Shown: positions 38,601 to 53,600 of the stretch, in pieces | Position numbering within the stretch: the stretch's first letter is position 1 | Layout of the letters: the number at the start of each line of letters is the position of its first letter | DNA from: Tubiluchus corallicola | Lineage: Eukaryota; Animalia; Priapulida | Assembly: GCA_030141605.1 (NCBI GenBank) | Contig: JAQGDQ010000169.1 | Coordinates: forward strand, 387,833 to 451,832 | Direction of reading: 5' to 3' | Length of the DNA: 64,000 nucleotides | Notes under the pieces: model-generated | What the model was told of the DNA's origin: nothing | The model's input: only the letters and a program-made list of their open reading frames with translations | Database searches by the model: none | Translations under genes and position numbers: made by a program

Positions 38601-41600
38601 ATTACATTAAAATTTGAATGAAAAAGTTTATGAAACGCATACACAGCCTGTGAAGTAATATTGTGCCACTCACCACCAACACAATGATGTATTTATTTCA
38701 TTCTGCGGTCAATCCTACGTGGTTTGGAGAAAATGGGCGTCGAATTTAAATTCCTATTTTATTTCTATCTATAAAAGGGGGCGTGAACTGATAATGATGT
38801 ATAAATGTATGTAAACATTAACGTGCAAGCCCATCTGCTCTACATTTAGAAGGTTTGCAGTTTTTGGTTTTTTTAAACTATTCAGATGAAGCGTTTTGTC
38901 AGTTTAGTGATGACTAGCTAAATATTTATCTTATTTATTATATTTGCAGGGTAAAAACCATCCTCATAAGTGGAAACTTATGTACTTATTCTGTTAAGTT
39001 ATTAATTTATTTTCTAATTGTTGTTAATTTTTGAGAATTGAGAACATTTTTTATTGTATTTAACTAGTTACAGCTGTACCAAGCTGAATCATGTATGTTC
39101 TGTTAGCCCCTGGAGGCGATTAAGTTCCGATACAAAACAGTTTGCCTTAAAAACTACATCGTATTTTTTTCCGTATCTCTTCATCTGCATATAAATTGCT
39201 TTAGTAACTTAGCAAGAAAACTTTTGGTGTTTTGGGACTGCAATCACAAATTTTGGTGTAGTCTGTAATATTTCATATTTCTTAAGTGTCTTGTTAATTT
39301 TGCAAAATAAACGATTTTTGGAAGAAATAATATGATAAATATAATCTTGACAACTGCCTATATGATAAGTTAGATAATGCTGTAATTCTGTAATAAATCT
39401 AAGATAGATGCAATGATGCCCAAGACACTCCTAAATGTCATTTCTATTTTGTGAAGAAAAAACAAATATTTGTAATGATATGTGTTAGGGAATTCGCAAG
39501 GTTTAATTTCAAAAGCCCCACACACAAAAAGCGGAAAAGTACTTCTCTGGTACTGACAGTAAATTACTGACAGGTATTAATGAAGCTGTGGTGCTCAAAC
39601 TCCTTTTACATTATCATATAAATGTATTGCGAAGCCGTTTCTTCTTATCTCCCTTGTGAAATTAAGTTTGCATTCCCAGTCATTACGTAACATCTGTATA
39701 TATATGTGAGCATGTAATATACTGGAAATGGACAAGCATTTCACATTTAAATCAGTTATTGGTCTACCGCAGTTTAACCAATTGTAAATTTCTAGTGATG
39801 ATTTTTAAGAGATAAAAATTTTATTTTTGATAATATATATATATAATACTCATGCCATTCAATTATTAATTTTGATATTTTAAGAGCAAGTTCGGGTTAC
39901 CTACTTAAAATTTTCTGATTATATTGTAAGTGGAATATCAGTCTGTTCAATGAGTCAATTGAGCTGACAACATTTTACTGACGTACTAATAATCTTCCAC
40001 TGCATGCGACACGATAAGCCCCACCCCCACCCGCACCCCGATCTTTATCTCAATGTGCCAGACTTGTCCTTTCGTTAGCGAAAATTTGCCTCAGGTGTCC
40101 AATAATGTCGACATTCTGTTTTTCTCTATTTATCACCGCCACATATATTTGGTTTAGAAACATTAAAGGAATGTTTTCCAACCGAGTACGAATGTTTTTT
40201 TAACGAACCTACCCAACTGTTCGATGTGTTTGATCGGTTTTTTAAATAATCACCCGCGCCTAGCTAGAACTTCTATTATTTTCTTGTGGGGGAGTTGTGA
40301 TACACCCGCGCCTAGCTAAGAACTTCTGTTATTTCCTTGTGGAGGAGTTGTGATACACCCGCGCCTAGCTAGAACTTCTGTTATTTCCTTGTGGGGGAGT
40401 TGTGATACACAGTTCTTATTACATGAATCACAGAATTTGCATATCAAATTCTGCAAGTTTCACTGCCTCCCTCATTGAGCTCACGAGGCCAGTGTTACTT
40501 GGATGCTACTACATCAACCTTAGATGTGTTCAGTGATCGGAAGGCATATAAACTAGAATATACAAATCTAAACTTTTTCGTCAAAGATTAGTAATTAAAC
40601 AGCCAGCTTACCTTTAGTCTAAAGTACTGCTGCATTAATTTGTTTTTCTCAATTTTGTGGTAAACTTTCTTTCTACGAACCACCACTCAGACGCGAATTT
40701 TGTATCAGCCAATAACCATAATCTTTCCAAATCTCTGGGATTTGTTTACGCTAGCGAATTCTTTGCATTGCCCCGCGGGCTTCAAGCCGTCGGCTGGAAA
40801 ATATCCAGCTGATCGGTTTTCGCAGGAAAATACATTTTAACTGCAGCTGTTGAAAAAGTTGCTGCAACGTTTGGTGTTTGAGAAGCGAGAACATAACAAC
40901 ACTGCTGAAATGTAGGACAAGGGTAACGGACGGGTACAGAGAAATTTATCACAGTGGAAAGATTGTAGTTCTGTGGTCTCAGCATTCAAGTCCAGAACAG
41001 ACACCGTAGTGACGTAGGCGCTACGTAAATACACGCACTGGTGCTGCCTTCTACATGTATGCTCCTTCTGTTTAGGCCGTTTACAGTTTGTCATGTATCT
41101 AACACAGCGTCTTTAAAATGAATTTTTGCTTATTATATTTCTAACTAAATAGTGCACACTCATACTTTTCATTTTTTACAATTTTTCACACACAAATTTA
41201 TGTATGAAGCATATTTAAAATCAATTTTCCTTTTATTATATGTATTTATTACTAGATTAAACAAAATTTGTCATTCTGCCAGTATATTGCGTTCCCGCAT
41301 GTAAATTGTACACGTTAGAGCACAATTACAGCAAATTTGCGGAAGTGTGATAACCACGAATTGCACAGTGAGGCGTCAACGGTTCGTGTAAATGTCCCAA
41401 TAAAGAGTGACGTAAATCGTCTAATTACAGATCTTCTGGTCAGCAATATGGCTAAATAAACTGTGTATCAGTCGCTAAAACTATGGCATCCAAATGGCTA
41501 ACACCATGAATATGTACTAAACCATTAATCATCATTGTTTCCTATGTCTATGGTGATTGCATTGTCTATTGTTGTACTCTAAAAAATACTATTATATATA

Positions 41601-44600
41601 GTCGCTAAGCACTCATGACTATGATGTAGCCATGAATTGACAAGCTGTTAGTAGTTCGTTGTATTTGAACGCTATTTCATTATTGCTGACAGGCTTCAGT
41701 CGCTGCAGTAACCCAATAACATGTGTGTACCTTACTTGCGGTTCACTATCGGTTTACATGTGTGTCTAGAGTTCATTCGCTCAATTATTCACGAATGAAT
41801 ATGTCGATAGGTCGTTTTCCCTCAAATGCGAAAGGCGATTCTACGTCTGAATATCGATTGCATGCCTGTGGTGAAAATTCAGTTAAATATCTGCGATCTG
41901 CATGTATGGGGAGAGTTTCTGAAGCCTTCGTGAAACTGAAAATGACATCAATTCATAGCGATGCGAAAAATGTCGCGTGAAATGCATTATTCAGAAACAT
42001 CGAGCATTATTCGTATAATTGATAAAAAGAAATCTCACAACAAAGTGAATTATAAATGCATAATTTGCCGTTTCAGTGGGCCTCTGCATGTGTAAACACT
42101 CTTGTACACACACGCACGCACGCACACACACACAAACTTTTTTGGATTATAAATATACAACACGTCTCTTATAATATATAACTAGATGTAGTCCTTTATT
42201 ACTTAAGCTACTTTAGTTTTCAGTGTTTTGTATGATTACTTTTATAACGTTATTTCTAATACATGTATTGTGTAATTTTTATATATAACATAGTTACCTG
42301 CAAACGAAATAAATTAGCTAGTATATCTTAAGGGGACAAGGCGGTAGAAAAGAGAAAGAAAAAGTGTAAATTATCATATAATACAATTTTACACACACAC
42401 AAACTTTTTTGGATTATAAATATACAACACGTCTCTTATAATATATAACTAGATGTAGTCCTTTATTACTTAAGCTACTTTAGTTTTCAGTGTTTTGTAT
42501 GATTACTTTTATAACGTTATTTCTAATACATGTATTGTGTAATTTTTATATATAACATAGTTACCTGCAAACGAAATAAATTAGCTAGTATATCTTAAGG
42601 GGACAAGGCGGTAGAAAAGAGAAAGAAAAAGTGTAAATTATCATATAATACAATTTTTTTGGAAATAATACGCTGCCATACATTACTGCGTACTATTTTC
42701 CCGAGGAAGAAAACAAAAGAAAAAACTAAAAAATTGTTAAATAATAATTCTGAGAAAATGAGTACTAAATTTGAATAATATTTTGATTCGTGTGTGATAA
42801 ATAATACACTTAATGTACATATATATCTTTCTCTAAATTTATAGTATATACAGTGCTGTTTAATGTTTATATAACAAATTTTGTCGCGAAAATTCGGGCG
42901 TATGAAGCTTTGCTGTAAATTATTAAGTACAAGGTGTATTGTAAGTCGTTTTTATTTTTTCTCTATCTTAACAATCCTCCTTTACAAATGTCCTCCCACA
43001 CTTGTTCACAGCCGTGCTTCTGTAAGCTCTGTGTTGTGTTCATGCGTTTTTCTCAATACTTTCTGACATTTAGTTAGTAGGTATAGTTTATCAAAAATTC
43101 ATTAATCACCAACCAAAACACCAGCAATTCGTGTTGTGTGCTCACATTATTCTCTTCATTATTGTATACCACGAGACCGAGCGTGCATTCATTTCTCCTC
43201 TATACACACATCCATTAGCTAATAATCACGTTTCGTCAATACCCCGAAGCTGATGTAGTGTGAAAAATCAACTTTATGTCTGATGCTGCACATGTATTTC
43301 AATACATTATTTTCAGTAGTAGCTGGATTACCCTATAGGCTAGTATAGACTGCAGACATGCCCCTCAAGCTTGGGGAGCATACTTTGCATTGTTGACTTT
43401 AAGAAACGAGGCCAGGTAGTCTGAAAATCCAACTTTAAAGTGGTTCCTCATTTGAGGTAAAAAAAATCCGTGTTTGTGGCCTTTTATTTGAGACAAAAGG
43501 TCCTCCTTGAAGCCCTTTATTTGAATTATGGGGCATCCAGCTATGCAAATGTTGCTAAAATATATCACAAGTAAAAAACATTCGAGACGAGTGCGATCAA
43601 ATTAGAAGGTGGCTCCGCCTGAAGGTCCCATAATTTCATTAGCCTGGGGGGCCTCAAAGGTCGTAATCCAGCCATGGTTGTATGGCTGCCCGAACAACGG
43701 AAAAAGTCACGCATTGATCAAATCCAGTAGTTACTTCTTGCTTTTTAACTCCACCGTTCATGCAGGGATTCCAGTTTGTGACGTTTTATTCTATTTTGCT
43801 TGAAATTTGTCTGAATTTTATACTCGCGTATTTTACAGTAGACCAGCTAACGAACTTTCCAGCAGTTTTGCTTGCAAATATTGACAGAAATTTTCTCGGG
43901 CTTCACGTTTGCGGTAACGCGTGTAAACTGGCTGGCTTCTTTCTGCTGGGCTGTAAAGGCGCGACGTATGAATTTCGATTGAACGATTTCTTAGTCTGAG
44001 AGTCAATGTAAGCGTTTGACAGGGTGACTGAACTTTTCCGTGCTTTCAATTTGACAGTCCTATCATCATGTTGAGAGAGTTGTGGATGTTAATTTTCAAA
44101 TCAACGTCCCACCATAGCATTTCGTACACGCATCGTGCTGAACAAAGTTTACAAGAAAAGTGAACGTATTTTCCTTCCAAGCAACTGTTTTCCCGCCACA
44201 GCATTGGCATTAATTGCCTTTGTTATAAATCAATGTTTATGATTGACTAGAAAAAAGACAAGTTTATTTATTATTTGGCTTTGCAACCTTTGCTACTTAA
44301 CTGCAAGTGCTGACTTATGAACAAATTGCTATTTTGGAATACCATCACAGGCTCTGGTCCCACTAGAATTAGGTGTTTTCGCTTTTTTCTCTAATATTCT
44401 AAATAAAAAGCTCCCTGCAGTAATCCTGTAATATCTTGAATTTTTGAAAGCAAATAAAAATTTGTAATTTCAATGGCCTCAAATACTGTTTTCAAATAGC
44501 TATGACACCAATGAATTAGTGAAGTCTTAATTTCGTTTTTTATAGGAAGAAATGCACAGCGCTTACGTTTATGAATTGCTGATTAAACCATTTCGCTATC

Positions 44601-47600
44601 AAGAAAATACGCAGTTTAGTTTAGGGCTTTGCAATGAAAAAACAATCATTTTATTAACTTTAGATAAGGACATATTAAACTAACGAGGTCAGGCTGATCA
44701 TATGACGCTGCTTTAATGTTCGCGGTTGATAAGAAATTTATAACTTTAGATCATTGAAGCTCGAATGGGCAAGTACAAATGATTAAAGGGTACGTACATG
44801 TAAAAGTTCCAGCCCGCGCACTTCTAAATAGGTTTGCGCAGGTTGTAGAAAATAAACTAGACGGCCTAGGTCGGCAATAGTTGAGACCTAGTCGCAGAGC
44901 TGAACTCGTAACAATTGTCATGATTATGAGTAAGCCAGCACATTCGTAGGAACCCTCCATTTAGGTTATTTAGGCAAAACGTTTTCAGAATTTTTTAGGC
45001 AAAATGTTTTCTTTTCTGGCCAGTTTTTGTAAACTTCAACGAGATCTTCATAGTCAAAATTAATTCAAATGTGGTTCAAACTTATATTATACACCAATGT
45101 AATATTAGTTAAGTTTACTCTATTTTTCTGGTTCTAATCATGGTTAAAAGATGCCATTGGGACTTATGTAACTCGGGCATTCAATATGAGAGTCGTCTAG
45201 GGATAGGGAATTTATTCCATTTCCGTAGCTTAACAAACCGAAAAATACAAAACTGAATAAATCTTGCAGACTAGCACATGATCAGTTAATATAGGAAAAA
45301 TACATTGCAGGCATGATGTTCGTATGTTCAAAGGCAAGAGAGACTTAATATTTTTGTTGCTCATTTATTTTAAAGCAAGGATATGTGGCTTAGTTTCTTT
45401 ATTAAACTCATGTCTCTGTATTTTGTAGTGCCTTGAAACTTCTTGTCTACATTCTGTTTAAATTGAAAATTCATTTTTGGTTACTTGCATTAATTTGTAA
45501 TTGATCGATTTCAGTCAGTTTAATTTTTTCTGGCAGCTTAAATATTCCCAGCACGGTGGCAGCCATGAACTATGACTAGATTGTTGTATACGATGAATCA
45601 TTTCCCATAGCTAGCTTGGTATCATATAAATTCACTTTCCCATTCACATCAAGCAGTCGAATCTTTTAATTTGATCGTGTACAATAAAATGTGTTTACTG
45701 TAGCTCGCGATGACTATGCCAGCAATAAATTAGTAAAATATAGTATAGGACGTCGGCGAACCATTTACCTTCGCGTCATGCTTCAAGGATTATAAGCAGC
45801 TTTTACTGTCGTTGAAAAGAAATTGCTTCGGGCTTAATACCTTGCTGTTTTCATAAATAATGTAAATTAGGTTGCAGCTGAAAAGCTTTCACTTCATTCA
45901 GTATATATAAGAACTTATTAAATTTTTAATGTATTGTAACTAAACCAAACGTTAGTGCACAAATTTGAACACAAACATTAATAACTAACGGTTTCTTTTG
46001 AAAGTTTTCTTAATTAATAATATTACTGATGGCAATATAATTAAACAAACTTTCAAACCTCGGATGAAGACATCTGAAGCTCGCCATTAGTACCCAAAAT
46101 ACAAGTTGTCTGTTATAGGAAATAATGTGCCTTAAAAAGCCCTATTATGTGACTGAACAGACCTATATATATTGTTGTCCATTTGTAAAGATTCTATGGA
46201 AGATCATTAGGCACCATTTCCTCTGTTATGTTCTCTTACACGTGCTCGATTCAGCGTGACATTTGTGCAGTTTGCAAATCTTCTTCCTTTATATCTGTAA
46301 ACAGGTAGGTGTTCCAGGAAGTACTACAATAACTGATAAATAACCCTCTTAGACCTGTACACACACCATACAGTTGCGCTGAATTTTGCTGTTTTTAGAG
46401 GTCAAATTCAACACTTTGTGAAATTTAAGTTTCATACAAATATAGGCATGAAATGACCTGGCGAAAGATTCTAACGTATTGGGTCAGCATTCTATTAGGC
46501 TAGGTTAGCTAATGCAACTTGAGCTAATGGCTAAGCATTGGGTCAGCATTCTATTAGGCTAGGTTAGCTAATGCAACTTGAGCTAATGGCTAAGCATTGG
46601 GTCAGCATTCTATTAGGCTAGGTTAGCTAATGCAACTTGAGCTAATGGCTAAGCATTGGGTCAGCATTCTATTAGGCTAGGTTAGCTAATGCAACTTGAG
46701 CTAATGGCTAAGCATTGGGTCAGCATTCTATTAGGCTAGGTTAGCTAATGCGACTTGAGCTAATGGCTAAGCTGCGATTGGAGTGTCTCTTTTGGTGCAG
46801 CTGTCAATGCAACTCGATCAGCATTCTTCGCCAGCAACTTCGATACCCCTTTTTTGTTAAAGGAACCATCGTAGGCCACAGGTTACTAAGAAGCTGTTTC
46901 CAAGAAGTAGTGCCTAGCTTAAATTTTCCGAACTCGCCCGAGCAAAATCGGAACAGAATGATTAACCGATAAACGTAATTTGTTCAGTAGGTAAATACTT
47001 TTCTAGCCTCACAAACCAAGCCATCGAATGTAATAAATAATTTTAGTGTTAAATTCAACATTCATTGTAAAATATTCCCCCTTGTGTGAGGAGATTAACT
47101 TTAGTGGTCACAATGTGTGCTTGGCTACAACTTTACGCAATGTCGAGCTTGGTTAGTTAATGGGTGGATGGATACTTCTGGGTTGTTTCAGTTTGCCGTA
47201 CACCCCTGACTGTTTAATTTTGTTAAGTGCCTGCTCTGCTGGTTCATTGTCTCAGCTTAGCGTTTTATCCTTGATAATTATATGGTTTCTGGTCCCACCA
47301 CAACCGCCTAACTTTATTAGAGGCAATATAATTCCTATTGTTGAGTGCTGGAGTGTGAGAAATGTATACATAAAAATATCCGAGATGTAATATTATTTGT
47401 GTGTAAGAGCGGACGCGCACAATTAAATTTGCCTATTCGAGGTTTTCTACACGTCATCAAATTAATGCAGAAATATGAAGATCGCCAGCTCTTCTGTGTC
47501 AGTGAATTGTCAGTGAGATCATTGAGTTACATCCGAAACTCAAGCCTCCACGCATCAGCATCTTGGTTTGATTACAGGACCGGCTGTTCCTAACTACTAG

Positions 47601-50600
47601 TAAATTTCATTCTCAGACCATCTTTCGTGCTTTACCATCTGTTGGTTCTTATCTTACCAGGTTTCCCCCTAAACTAACTTTACCCTCAAGCGTTTACGTG
47701 TTTCACTATAATCTTATCTAGTGGTTATAAAGGGCACGTGCACTTGCTGAATGGGTGATGATCTTGCACTATTTTTTGCAGTGAAGCAGCCTTTAGACTT
47801 GATCTTTCACCTGGACAGTCAAATTCAGTGCACCATACCTGGATTTGAGGGCGGGCTCTCAGAGTATTTACTTTCTGTATTGAGTATTCCTTAAGTACAT
47901 AATGTATAATGAGATTGTTTCATGTTGATGAAATGGGTGCCCTAATATTTTTTAATTATTTGGCACATTACGAACTTTTCAAGAGGTCTTATAATACCCT
48001 ATTGTGTTTTGCGACTCTGCGAAATTTGCTGCGTAGTTGTGATGACCTTGTCGTTAGCAAGGTGCTTTTTTACCTGAAAGAATGGCTTCCGCAAATTCTT
48101 TTTTAAAATACAAACTAAGTAATTTACCTAACTTGCATCAAGTTGCATGGATTAGTGGTAGATGATGTTAAAGCTGGTTGGTAAACTCGCTTCAGGTGTA
48201 TTGTGGAAGTAATCTAATATTATCCGCAAAAAAACTGCCTCTTTCTTTCTTGAACGTAAATTAAGCAAACCAAATTAACTAAAAAAAAATCAATAAATAC
48301 GATGAATAAATCACCGCTTATGATTTTTTCTTTTTTTCTTTTTATGTTCACCCGAAAAAGAATTGCAGTGGTGTTACAGTTTGAAACGTTGTACCCTTCC
48401 TTTCTTTTTCCTTGTTTTTTAATGTGGGATTTTCATTAAAATTTAATCATTGTTTCAAGTAGTGATTTTGATTACCAAAGCGTCATAGTGATGAATTTTT
48501 GGGCAATTAGATAACCCAAATACATAAATTGACGAAATGTATTACTAGTGGATATTTACCAATACATTCTACAAATCCATAAATGTAATATACCCAGCCT
48601 GTACTCTACACGAGGTCATTCGTATACTCTTGGATTTATCCATGGATTTGAACATTTCATCAATAGCAGGGCATTCATGTGCGGCGCTGCGGGTTGGTGG
48701 TACTACTGTACTAATCACACTAATCAACAGAAAATTGCGATTGTTGTTTAAACTCAGAATACTAGTACCACTAGCAACCCATTTGCGCTACGTGTGCTTA
48801 GATTGAAAATAAAACTCGTGTCGTGACAAGGTCAAACTACCTGAAGATATTTGTGGTCATATCCTCTGATTACTAACATCCTTTCAGTGGTGAGGAATGA
48901 CGATCATTGACATTGATGACTGGTGATGATGTTGAGTGAGTGTTCTAAGTCCCGATGTCATTTATGGTCTGCTTGCGTGTCATGTGAATGTGGCGTAAAG
49001 TGAGCAGATGATCATTAGCTTAACTTTTTAACAGATTTAAACATATTTGGTTACCTGTTCTTGCAAGAAGAAGTAATGTTTCCCAATACACCTGTGCTGA
49101 GATCAGGGCGCATGCATAGTAGTTACTTTGCCAACCAGTTCTCCGTTCAAGACACAAGTCAAGAACTTGGCATTTCCGTGTTCTAGCGGACATGTCTACT
49201 AGCATGGTGCACTTATAAAACAAACAAGATTGCCTTCTGTATTTGATCAGTTTTCATGGCCAAATTAATTTCTACCTGTGGCTTGTGGTTACTCAATTAA
49301 TTGATGATTACTGGCAAATATTGCATTCTAGACAGGTGTCTAATTAATTATGAAGCCAGTCAGCATGCAGTTACAGTGACAACAATTATGACAACCAATG
49401 ATTATGACTTTAGATCTTATGAATATTATAAGTGTATTTAAAGCTGGGTGACACAGATTTTGTCTCGGGGACGGTGCTCGTAAAACAAGAGATTTATTAT
49501 ACCGCCATAAGATTCTCATTTTCTAATTCCATTTAACTTTTTGTTAAGAACATTGTTATCGAAACGTGACTGTTCTGTCTGCAACGCTCATTCAATCATT
49601 CTGTTCTGTTATTAAACGTAACTAGATCGCAAACAGGAAATGTAAAATTATTTACACGGATCTTCATGCTGTGCTTAAATATGCGTAAAGTGCAAGCCAA
49701 AACATTAGTAATAATCGCCCTTACTGTTGGCGAGTTCGTTGTGAAATTGCGCCTGACTGAAAACGGTAGACTTATTAGCAGTAAACTTATTTTCTGCTAA
49801 TTATCAGTGATTACATCATGTACATTCCTTTAAAGCTTGCTTACCATGCCTAACCTTCACACAAGGACAAAAGTTACACAGAATGCTTTTGCCCTGAGAG
49901 TTTGTTTGCGGTTGTTTGTGAAAACACAGTTCAGTAATTTCTCAGAGGATAAATTTTATTGCTAATCCCGTCACAACGTAAAATCGCATATGACAAGTAA
50001 TCCTGTAAATTGTGACGTTGTCAGCTTTATTATCTGCCTCTGCATGGTGTTTATATACTGTCTTGTATTATCCGGCATTTGCTTTGCTAATCTAGGCTAT
50101 GTAACCTCGTTTAGCGAATATGTCGCTGTTTTATTGCAGTAATAAATTTTATATAGCCAACTACTTGTATGCAGAATCAACAAATAGATTATAGCACCTT
50201 TGTTGCCTTGTCACATTGATAGAAACCACCTGAATACAATGTCACTAGAAATATTATTTGCTTTAGAATTATCATAGCAAACAAATTACGGTCTAAAAAT
50301 AAGGTGCGTGTTCTCTTTGCACGCTTGGTTCGTGAAAAATAATCATATTTTAGTAAAAAGTAACATTTGTTTCCGTGGCTAAGTAGTTAAACATTTTCAG
50401 TTGTGTTTCGGCGTCTTTACAATGCTTACATTACGTCACTACGGTCACAATTAAATTAAATTCATTTTTTCTTCAAAATTAAATTCAAGACTGTTGATTA
50501 TCATTCATTAGTACCAACTGATTTTTTTGTGACTTATTGGGTAAAAATGATAAATTGATACATTTGTTAGACCAGTAATAGACCAGTACTGTTTTTGCAG

Positions 50601-53600
50601 TAATGTCTTTTTTGTTCATATTTTAACTTTTTGATGACTCTTCTTTGAACTTGTTTATTACTTTTCAGAAATCTTTTTGGTCGTGGGAAAACGAAAGAAG
50701 ACTCCCAGAATGCGCCAGGATGGAAGTTATTTGGAAGTGGCAAACCCCCGCTGAAGTCGCCGTCACCTTTACTTGGATCAGAATTGGAATCGAGTAATGT
50801 GCGGGACACTTCAAGTAGCCCTTCACCCTCCCCAGCGAGAAAATGCGATATAATCCCACCAAGTTCAAACCTAATCTTGGAGAGCAGACCAGCGTGAGTA
50901 GCAGAAAACTGAATGTATTCCCTGCAGATAGCCCTAGTTTTGCTTGTTTAGGTCAAAGACAGATGTCCAGATGGTCAGCGTCTAAATCCTTGCAAACTGA
51001 CTTAAAGCTAATAACTTAACAGTAAAATATTTTTTATATGGACCATTACTGTAAAGCATTTTACTATCTCCTGCGTTGTACTACTGCCAATATATTGTGC
51101 CTTAATTTAAGCCTGAATTTTTGTATTTGTGACACCAACGCGTTTTGCATATTTAGCTCATAAAACATTGTAAATATAATTTATTGGTTTAAAGAAGACA
51201 TTAATGTTAATAGTGAAAAACTGACTAGGTTATATTTAAAGTAATTTGTTTATTGTTTCAGCTATCTTCCTGCCAAGAGACCAGAAGAGGAGTTGAAACA
51301 CAAGCAGGAGTATGAAGAAATGCTTGCTTTGGCAAAGAAGAGAGGTATGTACATAAAGAATTGTGTCTTTAGTTTTTTTGATTTGTTTAGAAATGAATTT
51401 AAGGGCTTCATTTCTTTATGACTGTCGCTATCCTTCTTGCTAGTGTTGTCTTGACTGTGTCATGATGGCTAGATATGGAATAGTTTTACATTTTTAATTA
51501 TTTAATAACAGCATGGTGATTTTGCAAAAACACAGCACTGAGCTTTTTTCTAAGATCATTTAAAAATGTAAAATAGTGGAAATGTGCAATAAATTCTACA
51601 CCCTTACAGAAATACACTGTTACAGAAATATTCCGTTCTTAACTGGCTGACAGCCTTGCTCTACATTTTCTATCCAGCATGGAAAGTAATTGCATGTGTA
51701 TAAAGTTTCTCTTATCGACTAGTTAATGTCTCAGCTCAGAAACCTGGTTTATGATGTTTTATGTGCCAGTCTGATTTTCAGACATAAAAGAGAGCAAGTT
51801 GAGGAAACGGCTGCTACAGCGACAAATGAAACAAGAGAACTTCTTATCTCAGTCTACCAAATACTGGAATGAACGAATCCTACCGAACTGGGAAACAATG
51901 TAAGCTGAAGTAGATTTGTGATATCTTTACAGGAAAAAAGTGCATAAAAGCCGATGTGGTCGACTTTGTAACCATACTTTGTAATAAATAATAGAACTTC
52001 TCTAATTCACAACTATTTAACGTAAATTATTGTAAGTTTTGCTCAAAATTTTTTTCATTTTCGGTTTAAACTGTTATTAATGCTTTCCTGTTTTAACACT
52101 TTTGATGTCATATCAGCACATTTGCTCTGTTGTTGCAAATTTAAAATTGAGCTTATTTTATGCAACTGTTACCCTTGTTAAATACATGTCTAATTGTGCC
52201 AATAAATTTAAGCAGTAACATTTACATGAGTTGAATTGCTAATTCTTCTGCATAGGAAATCTTCCCGGAAAGTTTGCGAACTATGGTGGCAGGGACTGCC
52301 TCCTAGTGTGCGGGGAAAGCTATGGAAGCTTGCCATTGGGAATGACTTAAACATTACACCAGAACTGTACCTGATCTGTGTTCAAAGAGCTCAGGAGAAA
52401 CTACAGACAGCTTCTAATGAAGAAACTTCCTCTTCTAACAATGAGTTGTCATCTCCCGAAGGTGGGTCAAAAGTCAGTCGTCAGTTGTTTGAAATCTGAT
52501 TAACAAGCTTGTTCAAGTTTATAGCTACAGCTGAAGATTTTCATGAATTTAATTTGTAGTTGACAAATCTGTTGCATTTAGAAGCACTGTGTATGCAGTA
52601 TTCTTTTTTCTTCAGCATGTCAGCTCTCACACTTGCACTAATATGAAAAATTGTGGTTGCATATTATTAATTTTACACGCTTTACTTCTAAATGGCTATC
52701 CCTATAATCTTCTGCTGTTTTCCAGGTTCACCAACAAGTCGAGAAAACAGTGTAGAATTGATACGTCTGGATGTATCTAGGACATTCCCAGGTCTTTGTA
52801 TATTTCAAAAGGTGAGATATGGATGAATGCTTGGAAGCTTGTCAAATTTGCTTAGGCATGCATCATTTAAGTTGATGTGAAATTATTCAGAAGCATTGCA
52901 GAATTTTTTTGCAGCTAATGGTTGAGTACTATGACTCATCTAACATTTTACTTGAGTATTCATTTTCTTTTAATCGTGTTTGTTATTTGGTGAATATCAT
53001 ATAAATACATTTTGCTTTACATATTATTTGCTTTAAATATTGCTTTGCTATATCTGAGAAGCATTTTTATAAGTGTTTTGAGAAGTTTTATATGTGTGTG
53101 TGTATGTGTGTGTGTGTGCGTGTGCGTGTGTGTATATGTATATATATATAATGCCAAAATCAAATGTACTGTTGTTTGATATATGTTTTGTTATTTTGAG
53201 TCTTACCATTTTATTTTGCTTGCAGGGCGGTCCATACCATGATTTATTGCAAAATCTGCTGGGTGCTTATGCCTGCTATAGACCCGATGTTGGCTATGTA
53301 AGTGTCACCTACATTTTAATGTTTGTATTAGTATGTACCATGTGTACTTACATACCTTATATTTAAATGTAACATGCATATTTATATATTCTGTGTAGTA
53401 ACCTCAGTGGTATGTAGAAAGGCTTTAATTTAACTGACGTGGTGATTTGTAAAACAAAATGTGACTATGTCATGGATCTGAAAGCTGATATTAGTTAATT
53501 AGTTACCAATTAACTTTTCAGAAACAGAAAATCGTGGTGCAGAAAATGTCTCCATGCATTTGAGAAACTAATTAGATCTTATTTGGCTTAATGCAAATGT

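Noticed and set aside
38528-38630. Possible SINE or tRNA-like sequence
   Set aside because: Only a weak A-box, no clear B-box or cloverleaf; too degenerate to call.
46478-46772. Regular repeats as a possible CRISPR array or retrozyme
   Set aside because: Head-to-tail units without spacers, no hammerhead core (CTGANGA...GAAA), eukaryotic intron context.
47513-47535. TGAGATCATTG match to the bantam miRNA 5' end
   Set aside because: The remainder diverges and no complementary arm forms a pre-miRNA hairpin.
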